Positions 40,901 through 52,161 of a stretch of 64,000 nucleotides of DNA are shown piece by piece (the stretch's first letter is position 1; every line of letters begins with the position of its first letter). Source of the stretch: an uncultured bacterium. GTDB lineage: Bacteria; Chlamydiota; Chlamydiia; Chlamydiales; CAYWQB01. The stretch covers positions 515,234-579,233 of the forward strand of contig CAYWQB010000001.1 of the NCBI GenBank assembly GCA_964460785.1, given 5' to 3'. The notes below the pieces were generated by a model. That model did no database searches, was not told the DNA's origin, and was given only the letters and a program-made list of their open reading frames with translations. Position numbers and translations under genes: made by a program.

Positions 40901-42169
40901 TTCTAACACATCCCATACCACAGGATCCTGCCGTTGAATCATCTTCTTGGCAGATCGAATCGTATAGACATGATTCTGTTCCTTCAATCGCTTAACGATG
41001 AAAGGCTCAAACAGTTCAAGGGCCATCTGCTTAGGCAAACCACATTGATTAAAAGCAAGGTCTGGACCTACAACAATCACAGAACGGCCAGAGTAGTCTA
41101 CCCGCTTACCAAGAAGGTTTTGACGGAAACGTCCCTGCTTACCCTTTAGCATCTCTGAAAGGGATTTCAGAGGTCTGTTGCCTGCCCCCATGACAGGATG
41201 GCCATGTCGGCCATTATCAATCAGGGCATCTACGGCCTCTTGAAGCATCCGCTTTTCATTACGTACAATGACTTCAGGTGTCTTAAGCTTTAAGATTGAG
41301 CGAAGTCGATTGTTCCTGTTAATGACACGACGGTAGAGGTCATTCAAGTCAGAAGTTGCAAAACGTCCCCCTTCCAGAGGTACTAAAGGACGTAGGTCTG
41401 GTGGAATAACAGGGACTGCACTCATTACCACCCAATCAGGACGGTTACCAGACGAAACAAATCCTTCTACAATTTTCAAGCGCTTTGCAAGCTTCATACG
41501 AGCCTGCATAGAACGTGTCTTCTTTAGCTTTTCTTTTAGATCTAAAACTAAAGAGGGCAAGTCTTCTGTTTCAAGCAGGGACTTAATAGCCTCTCCACCC
41601 ATTTGGGCTTCAAATGCTTCAGATCCCCAACGCTCTTGCTCTTCACGATACTCTTTTTCTGTAAGCAACTGCTTACGTTGCAAGTCCGTATGCCCTGGAT
41701 CTGTCACAATATAATCTTCATAATAGATTACACGTTCAAGATCTGTAGTTGCGAGCCCCAGAATATTTCCAAGGCGAGAAGGCATTGTCTTGAAAAACCA
41801 GATATGCACTACTGGAACAGCTAACTGAATGTGAGCCATACGTTCGCGGCGTACTTTAGAGAGAGTCACCTCTACTCCACAGCGGTCACAAACGATCCCT
41901 TTGTGCTTAATCTTCTTATATTTACCACAGGCACACTCCCAGTCCTTCGTTGGGCCAAAAATCTTTTCACAGAAAAGACCACCCTTTTCAGGCTTGAAGG
42001 TTCTATAGTTGATTGTTTCAGGCTTTTTGATTTCCCCGCGGGACCATTGGTCACGGATCACATCATCTGAAGCAATTTTGATGGTTAATTTATCAAAATG
42101 GGAACCATAGCGTTGAATATCGTCAAATTCCTCAACCATCGTCTCTCCTAATTCTTTCATTGTGTTCAC
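37961..42169 (-). CDS. rpoC: DNA-directed RNA polymerase subunit beta'
   Basis: 1402 aa with the catalytic NADFDGDQM motif and a zinc-binding CxC..CxxC N-terminus. Confidence 0.98.
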   Translation of the reverse strand: MNTMKELGETMVEEFDDIQRYGSHFDKLTIKIASDDVIRDQWSRGEIKKPETINYRTFKPEKGGLFCEKIFGPTKDWECACGKYKKIKHKGIVCDRCGVEVTLSKVRRERMAHIQLAVPVVHIWFFKTMPSRLGNILGLATTDLERVIYYEDYIVTDPGHTDLQRKQLLTEKEYREEQERWGSEAFEAQMGGEAIKSLLETEDLPSLVLDLKEKLKKTRSMQARMKLAKRLKIVEGFVSSGNRPDWVVMSAVPVIPPDLRPLVPLEGGRFATSDLNDLYRRVINRNNRLRSILKLKTPEVIVRNEKRMLQEAVDALIDNGRHGHPVMGAGNRPLKSLSEMLKGKQGRFRQNLLGKRVDYSGRSVIVVGPDLAFNQCGLPKQMALELFEPFIVKRLKEQNHVYTIRSAKKMIQRQDPVVWDVLEDIIRKHPVLLNRAPTLHRLGIQAFEPTLIEGKAIRVHPLVCSAFNADFDGDQMAVHIPLSVEAQIEAKVLMMASDNIFLPSSGKPVAVPDQDMTLGLYYLMHDPVYDPEKEGKRVRAFANREEVLLALSPSGSIYTNETLSWAKSNRWENSGRGVRVHERIKLRLEDGAIIETTPGRVIFNTIIPKELGFQNYSLPKRKMEELILACHKKVGLERTVRFLDDLKNLGFHQATKAASSMGVCDIVIPQCKEKFLEEGHERVEKVRQQYEDGIITDGERESKTISIWTEIGDLIGEDLFQKLMDTTDGDLNPLYLMLDSGARGNKSQVRQLGALRGLMARPSGDIIESPITSNFREGLTVMQYFISSHGARKGLADTALKTADSGYLTRRLVDVAQDVIITEEDCGTINGIEMASIKQGQEEVLALKDRIYGRTVVEDTYQPGDSNKLLAKSGDVLNWDQAELIDDAGIETVKIRSVTTCESYRGVCAKCYGLNLATGREVSQGEAVGIIAAQSIGEPGTQLTMDTFHLGGVASASLEPQLIAEHDGILVYQDVRTVQNQEGQWVALNKNGILHIVRDEKRPLDEYKKLLANKSIEPMQSFGLEVGTRIFISDGAEVKKGTEVGEAEQHNIPIICEKPGYVKYEDLVEGISTEFDTNKQTGQSELVVKQHRGELHPQIMIYADKGCTELVGAYAIPSGAIISVKEGDKVRAGSLLARLPRSAIKTKDITGGLPRVAELFEARKPKEAAEIAKIDGIVDFKGVQKNKRIVVVCDEVSKMEEEHLIPLTKHLIVQKGDRVIKGQALTDGLVVPQEILDISGVRELQRYLVSQVQEVYRLQGVDINDKHIEIIVRQMLQKVRVSDPGDTILLYGEEVDKRDFHAENKKVMEEGGKPAQAAPVLLGITKASLGTKSFMSAASFQDTTRVLTDAACEGKEDFLNGFKENVIAGHIVPGGTGFVYHKRVNKFVNTEREEELAFQFDD

Positions 42170-42178
42170 CGCCTATCC

Positions 42179-45100
42179 TTAATCCAATGTAACTTGTTCA
42201 GGACGTACATCAAGGCAAAGGCCTTGCATTTCCTTCATCAATACATTGAAGGACTCAGGAGTTCCTGCTTCAAGAGCATGTTCTCCTTTCACAATGGATT
42301 CATAGATCCTGGTGCGCCCCGATACATCATCGGATTTCACGGTCAACATCTCCTGCAAGAGGTGAGCTGCTCCGTACGCTTCAAGGGCCCAAACTTCCAT
42401 CTCTCCAAAACGCTGTCCACCCATTTGCGCTTTACCTCCAAGAGGCTGTTGAGTCACAAGTGAGTAAGGACCAATACAGCGAGCGTGAATTTTGTCTGCA
42501 ACCAAGTGACATAGCTTCAACATATAGATGTAGCCGACCACAACAGGGCTATCAAACCGCTCACCAGTGCGTCCGTCATATAGAGGGAACTTACCATCAT
42601 CTGGAAGCTCTGACTCTCGCATCATCTTCCAAATCTCTTCTTCTGGGAAGCCTTCAAAAACCGGAGCTTTGACATACACACCTTGCGTTGCAGCAGCAAT
42701 TCCTAAGTGTGTTTCAAGCAGCTGACCGATGTTCATCCGTGAAGGTACCCCAAGAGGGTTCAGAATGATCTCTACAGTCTGGCCTGATGGCAAGTATGGC
42801 ATATCTGCTTCAGGAAGGACCTTTGACACAACACCCTTGTTACCATGGCGACCCGCCATTTTATCACCCACTTGTAGCTTACGCTTAGAGGCAATGTAGA
42901 CTTTTACTTGGCGAATAACGCCTGGATCAAGGTCTGTATCTCCCTTACGTGTGAACTCCAGCTCAGATTTATACTGCATCTCTAAGTTTTGTAGACCCTT
43001 TTCAGTTTCAAGCAAAACTTCTTTTAGAGTGTTGAAGATCTCATTATTTGGCATGAGAAGGTCTTCAACCTGCTCTTCTTCTAGCTGTTGGATCTTCTCT
43101 TCGGTAAGAATTTCTCCCTCCTCAACAAGAACCTCAGCTGTACGGCGATGCATAATATTACCAGGAGCCTTCTCATTTAAGAGTAGAGCGCCAAGCTTTT
43201 CAAAGCGGTTGCCTTTAATTTCTCCCTGCTTTTCCTTGAACTCCTTCTGAAGATCCTTGATGCGCTTTGTCTCTTCGATCAGCTCATCATCGGTCTTCGA
43301 TAGTCGATCACGGCGGCTAAAGACTTTCACATCCATAACTACACCCTCTGTTCCAGGAGGCACAGTTAAAGAGGCATCTTTAACATCAGCAGCTTTTTCG
43401 CCAAAGATAGCTCGAAGTAGACGCTCTTCAGGAGAGAGTTCTGACTCCGATTTTGGCGTAATTTTTCCAACTAGGATATCGCCAGACTTAACTTCAGCTC
43501 CAATGCGAATAATTCCATCATCACCTAAGTTTGCCAAAGCTTCCTCTGAGACATTTGGAATATCTCGAGTGATTTCTTCTTTACCTAGTTTAGTATCTCG
43601 TGCAGTGAGTTCGAACTCTTCAATATAGATTGATGTATAGGTATCTTCTCTAAGCAGCTTCTCAGAAATCAAGAAGGCATCCTCAAAGTTGTACCCACAC
43701 CAAGGCATGAACGCTACAAGAACGTTTTTACCAAGAGCAACTTCACCTTTATCTGTTGAAGGTCCATCAGCTAAGACATCTCCCGCTTGAACTTCAGCAC
43801 CAACCTCACACAATGGCTTCTGGTTAATGCATGTCCCTGCATTTGAGCGAAGGAACTTTTTGAGGCGGTAGGTCTTTTTCTTTGAAAGGTTACGCTTGGA
43901 TGCTACAACAATTTTATAACCATCCACATAATCTACAACACCATTCTCTTCAGCAAGGATTACTGCACCAGAGTCACGGGCAGCACGCTTCTCAAGCCCT
44001 GTTCCAACAATTGGAGCTTCTGCTTTAAGCAGAGGGACCGCTTGGCGCTGCATGTTCGATCCCATCAATGCCCTGTTCGCATCATCATGCTCTAGGAAAG
44101 GAATCAATCCAGTGACAATCGAAATCAGCTGCTTTGGTGATACGTCCATGTGTGTAACAGTATCAGCTCGCACCTCATCAGAGTCTCCTCGATAGCGCGC
44201 CCAAACAACTTCATTAGTAAACATGTTGAACTCATCAAGCGGCGCAGAAGCCTGAGCTACGACACATCCCTCTTCTTGGTCTGCCGTCATATACTCAATT
44301 TCTTCCGTCACAACTCCATCTCTAACAATGCGATATGGAGTCTCAATGAAGCCAAACTCGTTAATCTTCGCATAAGAAGAAAGCGAGGTAATTAGACCAA
44401 TGTTTGGTCCTTCTGGAGTTTCAATCGGACAGATACGTCCATAGTGGCTCGAGTGTACGTCACGTACTTCAAAGCCAGCACGCTCTCGGTTCAACCCTCC
44501 AGGCCCAAGGGAGGAGAGACGTCGCTTATGCGTCAGCTCCGCGATTGGGTTGGTCTGATCCATAAACTGTGAAAGCTGTGAGCGACCAAAGAAATCTTTA
44601 AGAACGCCAGCTAGCCCTTTTGCGGATACAATTTTACCAGGTGTTAATGTGTCAGAAGAAAAGTCAAAGAGGTTGATTCTCTCTTTGATAATTTTCTCCA
44701 TTCTGGCCAAGCCGATACGGCACTGGTTCTGGATCAGTTCTCCCACAGAGCGAACACGACGGTTGCCAAGGTGGTCGATATCATCGATATAAGCACCTTC
44801 TTGCCCTTCTTTCAGGCGAGTTAGGTACTTAATGGCTTCAATAATATCTTCTTTCTTTAGAGTCACAGTCCTCAACTCTTCATCATCAATCGGCATACCA
44901 AGCTTGGTATTCAACTTATACCGACCGACGCGACCTAAGTTATAACGCTTAGGATCAAAGAATAAGCGCATAATAGCCGAGCGTGCATTCGAAAGAGTTG
45001 CAGGCTCACCGGGACGAATCTTGCGATAAAAATCTTTAAGAGCGGACTCATAAGAATCTGATGGGTCTTTTGCCAACATTTTAACAATTGGGCTAGACTC

Positions 45101-45943
45101 ATCTGCATTTTCAGCAATACGTACAACTTTTACGCCTGCATCAAAAATGCGCTTAAGCATTGCTGTAGTAAGCTTTTCACCAGCTTTTCCAAACTCTATG
45201 GATGTCTCTTCATCAACGACATCTTCAGCAAGGATTTTACCAACAAGCTTTTCAAAATCTTTCTCGGAGCGAATCTTTACACGACGTGTGTCAAAGAACT
45301 CTTCTAAGATATCTCCGTCTGTAGAGTAGCCAAGAGTACGAATGAAGGTTGTTGCAAGAACCTTGCGTCGTCTCTTCTTTCTATCTACATAAACATAAAT
45401 CATATCATTTGGATCAAAGGCTACTTCTAGCCAGTTTCCGCGATATGGAATAATTCTAAAGGAGTAGAGCATCACACCTTTTGGGTGCTTTTCTTGCTCA
45501 AAGCAGATACCAGGACTTCTATGAAGCTGAGAAACAACAACACGCTCTGCTCCATTGATGATAAATGTCCCATTCTCCGTCATAATGGGCAAAGTACCCA
45601 TATAGACTTCTTCTTCCTTAATACCTGTTTCATCAGTAAGGCGGAACTTCACCTTGAGGGTTACGTTGTACGTAATTCCTCTTCTGATGCACTCTTCGGG
45701 TTGATATTTAGGAACACCAAAGCTGTAGGAGATAAATTCCAGCGTGGTTTTTTCATCGTAAGACTTAATTGGAAAAATTTCTTCGAAAACTTCCTGCAGC
45801 CCCATACGTTCACGCTCATCAGGCAGAACATTTGCTTGCAAAAAACTTTCGTAGGATTTTATTTGAACCTCGATCAGGTTGGGTAAGTCGATGATCTCCC
45901 GTTTATTGTTGACCCCGATCCGCTCCGGAGACTTTTGAAGCAT
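42179..45943 (-). CDS. rpoB: DNA-directed RNA polymerase subunit beta
   Basis: 1254 aa with typical blocks ([31 protein letters not shown]). Confidence 0.98.
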   Translation of the reverse strand: MLQKSPERIGVNNKREIIDLPNLIEVQIKSYESFLQANVLPDERERMGLQEVFEEIFPIKSYDEKTTLEFISYSFGVPKYQPEECIRRGITYNVTLKVKFRLTDETGIKEEEVYMGTLPIMTENGTFIINGAERVVVSQLHRSPGICFEQEKHPKGVMLYSFRIIPYRGNWLEVAFDPNDMIYVYVDRKKRRRKVLATTFIRTLGYSTDGDILEEFFDTRRVKIRSEKDFEKLVGKILAEDVVDEETSIEFGKAGEKLTTAMLKRIFDAGVKVVRIAENADESSPIVKMLAKDPSDSYESALKDFYRKIRPGEPATLSNARSAIMRLFFDPKRYNLGRVGRYKLNTKLGMPIDDEELRTVTLKKEDIIEAIKYLTRLKEGQEGAYIDDIDHLGNRRVRSVGELIQNQCRIGLARMEKIIKERINLFDFSSDTLTPGKIVSAKGLAGVLKDFFGRSQLSQFMDQTNPIAELTHKRRLSSLGPGGLNRERAGFEVRDVHSSHYGRICPIETPEGPNIGLITSLSSYAKINEFGFIETPYRIVRDGVVTEEIEYMTADQEEGCVVAQASAPLDEFNMFTNEVVWARYRGDSDEVRADTVTHMDVSPKQLISIVTGLIPFLEHDDANRALMGSNMQRQAVPLLKAEAPIVGTGLEKRAARDSGAVILAEENGVVDYVDGYKIVVASKRNLSKKKTYRLKKFLRSNAGTCINQKPLCEVGAEVQAGDVLADGPSTDKGEVALGKNVLVAFMPWCGYNFEDAFLISEKLLREDTYTSIYIEEFELTARDTKLGKEEITRDIPNVSEEALANLGDDGIIRIGAEVKSGDILVGKITPKSESELSPEERLLRAIFGEKAADVKDASLTVPPGTEGVVMDVKVFSRRDRLSKTDDELIEETKRIKDLQKEFKEKQGEIKGNRFEKLGALLLNEKAPGNIMHRRTAEVLVEEGEILTEEKIQQLEEEQVEDLLMPNNEIFNTLKEVLLETEKGLQNLEMQYKSELEFTRKGDTDLDPGVIRQVKVYIASKRKLQVGDKMAGRHGNKGVVSKVLPEADMPYLPSGQTVEIILNPLGVPSRMNIGQLLETHLGIAAATQGVYVKAPVFEGFPEEEIWKMMRESELPDDGKFPLYDGRTGERFDSPVVVGYIYMLKLCHLVADKIHARCIGPYSLVTQQPLGGKAQMGGQRFGEMEVWALEAYGAAHLLQEMLTVKSDDVSGRTRIYESIVKGEHALEAGTPESFNVLMKEMQGLCLDVRPEQVTLD

Positions 45944-46020
45944 CCAAGACTCCCTTTTGAATTAAAAATTAAACTTTACAAATTACCGCAGAGAACTCCG
46001 TTGGCACCCGCAGATACCAA

Positions 46021-46055
46021 AGGAAGGAACAAGGGAATGTCCTTTGTTCCTTCCT
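46021..46055 (-). promoter_or_regulatory. rplL-rpoB intercistronic stem-loop (attenuator or processing-site candidate)
   Basis: A 16-bp stem with one mismatch, 46021-46036 pairing with 46040-46055 around a 3-nt loop. It starts 24 nt after the rplL stop. On the minus strand it is followed by a weak U tract (TTTGGTAT). Confidence 0.45.
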
Positions 46056-46078
46056 GTATATGAAGTAGAGAGTCAGGC

Positions 46079-46474
46079 TTAAAGCCCCTTTACTTCAACT
46101 TTCGCGCCAGCTTCTTCAAATTTCTTTTTGATTTCGTCTGCTTCTGCTTGGCTTACGCTTTCTTTAAGCACTTTTGGAGTTGACTCAGCAACTTCTTTTG
46201 CTTCTTTCAAGCCTAGGCCAGAAACTTCGCGAATAACTTTAATTACTGCGATTTTCTTAGCAGCAGGCACATCTGTAAGCGAAACCTGGAACTCTGTAGA
46301 TTCTTCAGCTGGAGCTGCATCACCACCTGCAGGAGCTGCCATCATGGCAACTGGCGCTGCAGCTTGTGCTGTAACTTCCCACTTATCTTCAAGAGCCTTC
46401 TTTAGGTTGGCAAGCTCCAAAACAGACAGCTGGCTTAGCGTATCAACGATCTCTTCAATGTTTGCTGTACTCAC
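46079..46474 (-). CDS. rplL: 50S ribosomal protein L7/L12
   Basis: 131 aa with an Ala-rich hinge and the C-terminal block [20 protein letters not shown]. Confidence 0.97.
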   Translation of the reverse strand: MSTANIEEIVDTLSQLSVLELANLKKALEDKWEVTAQAAAPVAMMAAPAGGDAAPAEESTEFQVSLTDVPAAKKIAVIKVIREVSGLGLKEAKEVAESTPKVLKESVSQAEADEIKKKFEEAGAKVEVKGL

Positions 46475-46510
46475 GGCAAAACCTCTTTCTTTCTAATGAG
46501 CTTCAAAAAA

Positions 46511-47032
46511 TTAATTTTCTTCTTCCTTTGCACTTTTATTATCCATACAGTGCAAGATACTTGTAAGGATAGCATCCATGACAGACACAGTCTGCGCCAT
46601 TGGGGCTTCAAATAGGCCAAGAATTTGCGCTCTTAGCTCTTGCTTTCCAGGTAGTTTTGATAGAGTTTCTACCTCTTGTCCTGTCAGCTTTTGGCTATCA
46701 ACATACGCAGTTAGGACTGAAAGACTATCTTTATGCTCCTTACGGAAATCATACACAGCCTTTGCAAGTTCAATTGCATCTTCTTTAGTATGGATAACTC
46801 CAATATGCCCAGGAATCTCATCAAGAGTGAATGACATTCCTGCAGCTTCAGTCGCTTTAAGCAAAACACGCTTACGTACGACTTCTAGGTCTCCACCCTT
46901 AGAAGCGATAAGGCTTCGTAAAGCCTCAGCATCTGCAGCACTTAGTCCTTGATATTGGGCAATAAAGACAGAAGAGGCTCCTTCCACTTTATCTTGAATT
47001 TCTTTGAGTAGTAGTTTTTTTTCTGGCCTCAC
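46511..47032 (-). CDS. rplJ: 50S ribosomal protein L10
   Basis: 173 aa, located between rplA and rplL, with an L10-like N-terminus. Confidence 0.93.
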   Translation of the reverse strand: MRPEKKLLLKEIQDKVEGASSVFIAQYQGLSAADAEALRSLIASKGGDLEVVRKRVLLKATEAAGMSFTLDEIPGHIGVIHTKEDAIELAKAVYDFRKEHKDSLSVLTAYVDSQKLTGQEVETLSKLPGKQELRAQILGLFEAPMAQTVSVMDAILTSILHCMDNKSAKEEEN

Positions 47033-47047
47033 GTTCTCACCTCCTGC

Positions 47048-47746
47048 TTATAGCCCAAGTTCGTTTACCTGCACCTTGACACCAGGCCCCATAGTGGAAG
47101 CTAGTGCGAGGGAGATAATGTATTGTCCCTTGGCTCCAGGGGGCTTTGCTCTTTGCAAAGCTCGCATGTATGCCATTACATTTTCGCGAATTTGTGCAGA
47201 ATCAAATGAAAGCTTTGCAATAGCTCCATTAACTTGGGAGTTCTTGTTTAGCTTAAACTCAACCTTACCAGCTTTTAGCTCTTTTACAGCTGTAGCAACA
47301 TCAGTTGTTACAGTGCCAGCTTTTGGGTTTGGCATGAGGTTTCTTGGACCTAAAATTTTACCCAACTTACCAACTTCACGCATCATATCAGGGGTTGCAA
47401 CAACGACATCAAAGTCGGTCCAACCACCTTTTACTTTTTCTACGAGCTCTTCAAAGCCAACAAAATCTGCTCCCGCTTCTTCTGCTTCTTTTTGCTTATC
47501 GCCTTTAGCGAAAACAAGAACCTTGATGCTCTTTCCTGTACCATGTGGCAAAGATACTGTGCCTCGGACCTGCTGATCAGCTTTTCTTGGATCAAGACCC
47601 ATTTTCAGGGACACTTCCACAGATTGATCAAACTTCACGCCTGGAGCTTTTTTCAGTATCTCTATTGCTTCATCAAGAGGGCAGCTTTCGCTACTACCTG
47701 ATAGAAGCTCTTCAAATTGTTTCATTCGTTTTGTTTTGCGAGTCAT
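47048..47746 (-). CDS. rplA: 50S ribosomal protein L1
   Basis: 232 aa with the blocks [12 protein letters not shown] and [10 protein letters not shown]. Confidence 0.97.
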   Translation of the reverse strand: MTRKTKRMKQFEELLSGSSESCPLDEAIEILKKAPGVKFDQSVEVSLKMGLDPRKADQQVRGTVSLPHGTGKSIKVLVFAKGDKQKEAEEAGADFVGFEELVEKVKGGWTDFDVVVATPDMMREVGKLGKILGPRNLMPNPKAGTVTTDVATAVKELKAGKVEFKLNKNSQVNGAIAKLSFDSAQIRENVMAYMRALQRAKPPGAKGQYIISLALASTMGPGVKVQVNELGL

Positions 47747-47763
47747 AGTCTATCAACCCTTGA

Positions 47764-48201
47764 TTAAGCCGTTTGCCTTACCACGTCGATTCCCATTGAT
47801 AGGGCCGTGCCAACAATCATTTCTTTTGCAGCATCTAGCGAACGCGCATTCATATCTTCTGCTTTTTTCTTCGCAATCTCTTCGACCTGGTCCATAGTAA
47901 TTTTCGCTACCTTGTCACGGTTTGGTCGACCAGAGCCACTCTTAAGGCTTAGAGCCTTTTTAATCATTTCAGATGCAGGCGGCTGCTTGGTTATAAATGA
48001 GAATGACTTATCCTGATAAACCGTGATTACAACAGGTAGGATATCTCCAGCGAGCTGCTGTGTACGAGCGTTAAACTCTTTACAGAAAGCCATAATATTG
48101 ACTTGTGCAGCACCTAGTGCAGGTCCGACCGGTGGAGCAGGGTTTGCTTTACCCGCTGGGATTTGTAGTTTAATAATTTTGACAACTTTCTTTTTCGCCA
48201 T
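47764..48201 (-). CDS. rplK: 50S ribosomal protein L11
   Basis: 145 aa with the block [20 protein letters not shown]. Confidence 0.97.
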   Translation of the reverse strand: MAKKKVVKIIKLQIPAGKANPAPPVGPALGAAQVNIMAFCKEFNARTQQLAGDILPVVITVYQDKSFSFITKQPPASEMIKKALSLKSGSGRPNRDKVAKITMDQVEEIAKKKAEDMNARSLDAAKEMIVGTALSMGIDVVRQTA

Positions 48202-48223
48202 CAGTCTTGCCTCAACTTATCCG

Positions 48224-48769
48224 TTAACTCTCGACTTCCTCTTCCACTTCTTCGACCTGCCAATACTCCAGATCATCAACTCTTGTATCTCGGCCAAAGA
48301 TGGAGACCATTACACTCAATCGTCCCCGCTCTTCGTTTGTTTCGACCACACTACCTATAAAGTTAACAAAGACCCCTTCAGAAATCTTGACCCTGTCTCC
48401 AATCTGGAAGCGATGCTTCTGCATCACAGTGTCTTTCTTCTCTTCAAGATCACCTAGGAGTTTGTGAACCTCTGCATCAGTCAAAGGCGAAGGGTGTTGG
48501 CCGCCGAGGAAGTCTATGACGCCATTTACCCCTTTTACCATATGCCAAGCTTCATCCGACATTTCCATCCGAACAAGCAAGTAACCAGGCCAGATTTTCT
48601 TTTCTCTGACGCTCTGCTTTCCCTTTTTCATCTCTGCCACTTTTTCTGTAGGCAAGAGCACTTCTTCAACATGAGATCCTAAAACCTCAGTATGACGAAG
48701 ATCTTCGATCGAACGCTTGACTTTGTCCTCATTTGCAGAAAGGACATGCACTACATACCATTTACTCAT
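48224..48769 (-). CDS. nusG: transcription termination/antitermination factor NusG
   Basis: 181 aa with an NGN start (KWYVVHV) and a KOW motif (GDRVKISEGVFVNFIGSV). Confidence 0.95.
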   Translation of the reverse strand: MSKWYVVHVLSANEDKVKRSIEDLRHTEVLGSHVEEVLLPTEKVAEMKKGKQSVREKKIWPGYLLVRMEMSDEAWHMVKGVNGVIDFLGGQHPSPLTDAEVHKLLGDLEEKKDTVMQKHRFQIGDRVKISEGVFVNFIGSVVETNEERGRLSVMVSIFGRDTRVDDLEYWQVEEVEEEVES

Positions 48770-48782
48770 CTATTCGATACTC

Positions 48783-49019
48783 CTACCCAAAGATTTGCCT
48801 AACGACAGAGTCTATGCCAAATAGGGTTCCTTGAAAAATCAAGTCTGCTAAGTAGACAGCCAGTCCCATTGCAATAGTGGAGATTAAAGTTATCTTTGTA
48901 TAAAGCTTTAGCTCTTCACTACTGGTCCATGAGACCTTTTTAAGCTCCTGTTTAACATCACCAAAAAAGGTAATGGGATTGAGTGCCGATAAGTTTTTAT
49001 CCTTACTCTCTCGCTTCAT
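48783..49019 (-). CDS. secE: preprotein translocase subunit SecE
   Basis: 78 aa with a single C-terminal TM segment. It occupies the conserved position upstream of nusG. Confidence 0.85.
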   Translation of the reverse strand: MKRESKDKNLSALNPITFFGDVKQELKKVSWTSSEELKLYTKITLISTIAMGLAVYLADLIFQGTLFGIDSVVRQIFG

Positions 49020-49054
49020 AACAGCAGCCTTTTGTTGCCTTACCTAATTTATTA

Positions 49055-49127
49055 CGAGTGCGGAGGGGTTCGAACCCCCGACCTGCGACTTTGGAGATCG
49101 CTGCTCTACCAACTGAGCTACACACCC
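49055..49127 (-). tRNA. trnW: tRNA-Trp (anticodon CCA)
   Basis: Minus-strand sequence: GGGTGTGTAGCTCAGTTGGTAGAGCAGCGATCTCCAAAGTCGCAGGTCGGGGGTTCGAACCCCTCCGCACTCG. It folds as a cloverleaf with anticodon loop CTCCAAA and T-loop GGTTCGAA. The 3' CCA is not encoded. Confidence 0.93.
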
Positions 49128-49131
49128 AGAA

Positions 49132-49157
49132 AAGCGTAGAGAATACTCTCTACGCTT
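49132..49157 (-). terminator. hairpin between tuf and tRNA-Trp (weak terminator or processing signal)
   Basis: A perfect 11-bp stem, 49132-49142 pairing with 49147-49157 around a 4-nt loop. On the minus strand only TTCT follows before the tRNA 5' end. Confidence 0.4.
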
Positions 49158-49174
49158 ATACTTTCTGCAAGTTG

Positions 49175-50359
49175 TTACTCGACAATCTCAGCAACAGTTC
49201 CTGCACCAATTGTTCGGCCACCCTCACGGATCGCAAAACGCATTCCTTGCTCCATAGCAACAGGAGCTAGAAGCTCACCAGTTACTTCCACGTTATCTCC
49301 TGGCATAACCATTTCGATACCTTCTGGAAGATCAATAGTTCCTGTCACGTCTGTTGTACGGAAGAAGAACTGAGGACGGTATCCTTTAAAGAAAGGCTTG
49401 TGACGTCCACCTTCATCCTTAGTCAAGACATAAACAGATCCCTTGAACTTAGTGTGAGGAGTAACGGATCCTGGAGCACAGATAACCATTCCACGCTGTA
49501 CAGCATCTTTATCGATTCCGCGAAGTAGCAGACCAACGTTTTCACCAGCACGCGCTTCATCTAGAGATTTGTTGAACATCTCGATTCCAGTTGCAACTGT
49601 ATCACGAGTATCACCTAGACCAACGATCTGAATTTTATCGTTAATCTTGATCATTCCTTGCTCTACACGACCAGTAACTACAGTACCACGTCCTGGGATA
49701 GAGAATACGTCCTCAATCGCTAGTAGGAAAGGCTTATCAACGTCACGCTGAGGCTCAGGAATACTTTCATCAACTGTATCCATTAGCTTCTTGATTGCGT
49801 CAACGTACTTAGGATCTCCTTCTAGAGCCTTAAGAGCTGAACCACGAATGATTGGCACATCTTTGTACCCTTTGTCTTCTAGAAGCTCTGTAAGCTCCAT
49901 TTCAACAAGCTCGATAAGCTCTTCGTCTTCTTCACCGATCATGTCGCACTTGTTTAAGAAAACGACCATGTTAGGTACACCAACCTGGTGAGCAAGAAGA
50001 ACGTGCTCTTTTGTCTGAGGCATTGCACCATCAGTCGCAGCAACAACGAGGATCGCTCCATCCATCTGCGCAGCACCAGTAATGAAGTTTTTCACGTAGT
50101 CGGCGTGTCCTGGGCAGTCGACGTGTGCGTAGTGACGCTTGTCAGTTTGGTACTCTACGTGTGAAGAGTTAATCGTAATCCCGCGAGATTTCTCTTCAGG
50201 AGTATTATCGATTGAGCTGTAGTCACGAAAGTTACCACCACCCGCTTCAGCTAGAACTTTTGTAATAGCCGCAGTTAGCGTTGTTTTACCGTGGTCAACG
50301 TGACCAATAGTACCGATATTGAGGTGAGGTTTGTTCCTTTGAAACGCTTCTTTTGCCAT
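49175..50359 (-). CDS. tuf: elongation factor Tu
   Basis: 394 aa with [18 protein letters not shown] and NKCD motifs. Confidence 0.99.
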   Translation of the reverse strand: MAKEAFQRNKPHLNIGTIGHVDHGKTTLTAAITKVLAEAGGGNFRDYSSIDNTPEEKSRGITINSSHVEYQTDKRHYAHVDCPGHADYVKNFITGAAQMDGAILVVAATDGAMPQTKEHVLLAHQVGVPNMVVFLNKCDMIGEEDEELIELVEMELTELLEDKGYKDVPIIRGSALKALEGDPKYVDAIKKLMDTVDESIPEPQRDVDKPFLLAIEDVFSIPGRGTVVTGRVEQGMIKINDKIQIVGLGDTRDTVATGIEMFNKSLDEARAGENVGLLLRGIDKDAVQRGMVICAPGSVTPHTKFKGSVYVLTKDEGGRHKPFFKGYRPQFFFRTTDVTGTIDLPEGIEMVMPGDNVEVTGELLAPVAMEQGMRFAIREGGRTIGAGTVAEIVE

Positions 50360-50410
50360 TTGGCATCCTCCAAAAAAAATTGACTCTATGACATATAGGT
50401 TTGACTTACA

Positions 50411-50482
50411 TGCCCAGAATAGGAATCGAACCTACGACCGCTTGCTTACCATGCAAGTGCTCTACCTCTGAGCTATCTGGGC
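50411..50482 (-). tRNA. trnT: tRNA-Thr (anticodon GGU)
   Basis: Minus-strand sequence: GCCCAGATAGCTCAGAGGTAGAGCACTTGCATGGTAAGCAAGCGGTCGTAGGTTCGATTCCTATTCTGGGCA. The anticodon stem is CTTGC/GCAAG and the loop is ATGGTAA. Confidence 0.93.
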
Positions 50483-50578
50483 ATATTCTTTCTAATGAAT
50501 TAACATGCAGATCAAAGCCCATACACTGTAGTCACTTATCCAAATTAAATCAACTTCAAATGCTTAAAAGTTTCCCTT

Positions 50579-50797
50579 TCATCGCTGGCGGTAAATAATA
50601 CGAGCTTTTGTTAGGTCATAGGGAGACATTTCTACCGTCACGGTATCTCCTACAAGAACGCGGATATTACGCATTCTCATTTTCCCACAAAGGTGGGCGT
50701 GGACAATTCGACCATTCTCCAACTCAACTCGAAAAGTCATATTCGGGAGGAGTTCAAGAATTTTGCCCTCACATTTGATTGTATCTTCTTTGGCCAT
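50579..50797 (-). CDS. infA: translation initiation factor IF-1
   Basis: 72 aa with an S1-like fold sequence ([29 protein letters not shown]). Confidence 0.97.
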   Translation of the reverse strand: MAKEDTIKCEGKILELLPNMTFRVELENGRIVHAHLCGKMRMRNIRVLVGDTVTVEMSPYDLTKARIIYRQR

Positions 50798-51277
50798 GGC
50801 TACTGTAAGTTAGGAAGGTAAGAAACTTACCCTTTAAATACGGGGTAAGAACGAGAAAGTAAAAGGGATACTATGAATTGCTGTCAAGACCTTTCCCTCC
50901 CCCTCAGCATTCTGAAATATTTTCTTTGGTTCTTTTCTTTTTTTTTCCTTGCAAACGTCCCTCTCTTCCAAAGGCCCCCCTGCCAAAGCCCAATTGTTGA
51001 AACCCTGTTCATAAATGTTCATATTTTTTTTCATCTTCCACTTTTTACCCCCTTTTTCTTTAGGCTTTGCGTCTCTAAAGAATCATAACCATCTAACAAC
51101 CAGTAAAATAAAATAAAACTTTACAAACAAAAAAAACCTATAGAAACCAAATAAGTGGCAAATTTATTGTTCATAACTCCTCCCTTTATAGCCGATAATA
51201 AAAAAAATGGGTTGTCTAGAAACCCAAGAGTCTCTATGAACAGAGGGCTTATTCGGATTTATTTTGGCCATAAAAAG

Positions 51278-52156
51278 ATGAGCAAAATACCCAAAAGTGT
51301 CGGTATTCATGACGGCCTGTTTCATGCCGACGAAGTCACAGCTTGCGCTCTGCTTGAAATGTTTGACTTCATTGACCGCAGTAAAATCGTACGAACAAGA
51401 GATAGCTCCAAACTTGCATCTTGTGAATTTGTCTGTGATGTAGGGGGGGAATTTGATCCCTCGCGTAAACTCTTCGACCATCATCAATCAGATTATACAG
51501 GGCCTCTTAGCAGCGCCGGGATGATTTTACAGTACCTACGAGACACAAAAGTCCTCACAAGTGAGGAATATGAGATGCTCAATGATGAGCTGATTAAAGA
51601 TGTAGATGACCATGACAATGGCCGCATTCCCCAGCCAGAAGCATCATGTACATTTTCTCAAATTATAGAAAACTTCTATCCAATTGACTATGAAGCGACT
51701 GAAGCCGAAGAAAGTCATGCCTTTTTACAAGCCTTAGACTTTGCAAAAGGGCACTTAGAAAGAGTTTGGCAGCGCTTTCACTTTCGCCTGCAAAGTCGAG
51801 ATGTGGTTGCTACTGCCATGCAAAAGGCGGACTCTTATCTCTTATTTGATAAAGCGCTCCCCTGGCAGGAAAACTTCTTTTCATTAGGAGGCGAAAGCCA
51901 CCCTGCAAGCTTCATTATCATGCCATGCAAACAGCATTGGAAACTAAGAGGGATCCCACCTGATAGTGAACATCTCCTTGAAGTACGCATCCCACTGCCT
52001 AAAGAGTGGGCTGGCCTTTTAGGCGAAGACCTTGAAAAGGTTTCAGGCATCAAGGGAGCCATTTTTTGTCACAAGGGTCGGTTTATCTCTGTTTGGAAAA
52101 CCAAAGAGGCAGCACTCAAGGCTCTTGAGTACGTCATGCAATACGCAAGCAAGTAA
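51278..52156 (+). CDS. MYG1/UPF0160 family metal-dependent hydrolase
   Basis: The blocks GIHDGLFHADEVTACALL and FDHHQ are hallmarks of the MYG1 family. I moved the start to ATG 51278; the track GTG start at 51155 adds 41 non-homologous residues. Confidence 0.75.
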   Translation: MSKIPKSVGIHDGLFHADEVTACALLEMFDFIDRSKIVRTRDSSKLASCEFVCDVGGEFDPSRKLFDHHQSDYTGPLSSAGMILQYLRDTKVLTSEEYEMLNDELIKDVDDHDNGRIPQPEASCTFSQIIENFYPIDYEATEAEESHAFLQALDFAKGHLERVWQRFHFRLQSRDVVATAMQKADSYLLFDKALPWQENFFSLGGESHPASFIIMPCKQHWKLRGIPPDSEHLLEVRIPLPKEWAGLLGEDLEKVSGIKGAIFCHKGRFISVWKTKEAALKALEYVMQYASK

Positions 52157-52161
52157 ACATT

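Noticed and set aside
42194-48457. Many ORFs of 60-190 aa lie antisense to or out of frame with rpoB, rpoC and the ribosomal-protein genes. Examples are 47004-47576 (190 aa), 48023-48457, 46128-46496, 46578-46952, 45485-45886 and 43257-43628.
   Set aside because: They lie entirely inside highly conserved genes on the opposite strand or in another frame. Their composition is low-complexity (Ser, Leu, Arg-rich), typical of shadow ORFs, and they have no start-site signals.
49058-49270. A 70-aa ORF overlaps tRNA-Trp, and a 65-aa ORF (50401-50598) overlaps tRNA-Thr.
   Set aside because: Both start inside canonical tRNA cloverleaf sequences with non-ATG starts. They are artefacts of ORF calling.
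50834-51034. A 66-aa minus-strand ORF upstream of infA, considered as a real small gene.
   Set aside because: It has no properly spaced SD; GGAAG abuts the ATG. It has an odd composition and I recognise no homolog. I kept it only as part of the finding on the unusual intergenic region.
51155-51277. A GTG-initiated 41-residue extension of the MYG1-like ORF. The same applies to the TTG-initiated extensions at 31263-31346 (tal paralog), 60142-60207 (DUF2760) and 20624-20656.
   Set aside because: The extensions use rare starts, lack homology to the respective families and, for 31263, begin inside a hairpin. Downstream ATG or GTG starts with SD-like sequences fit better.
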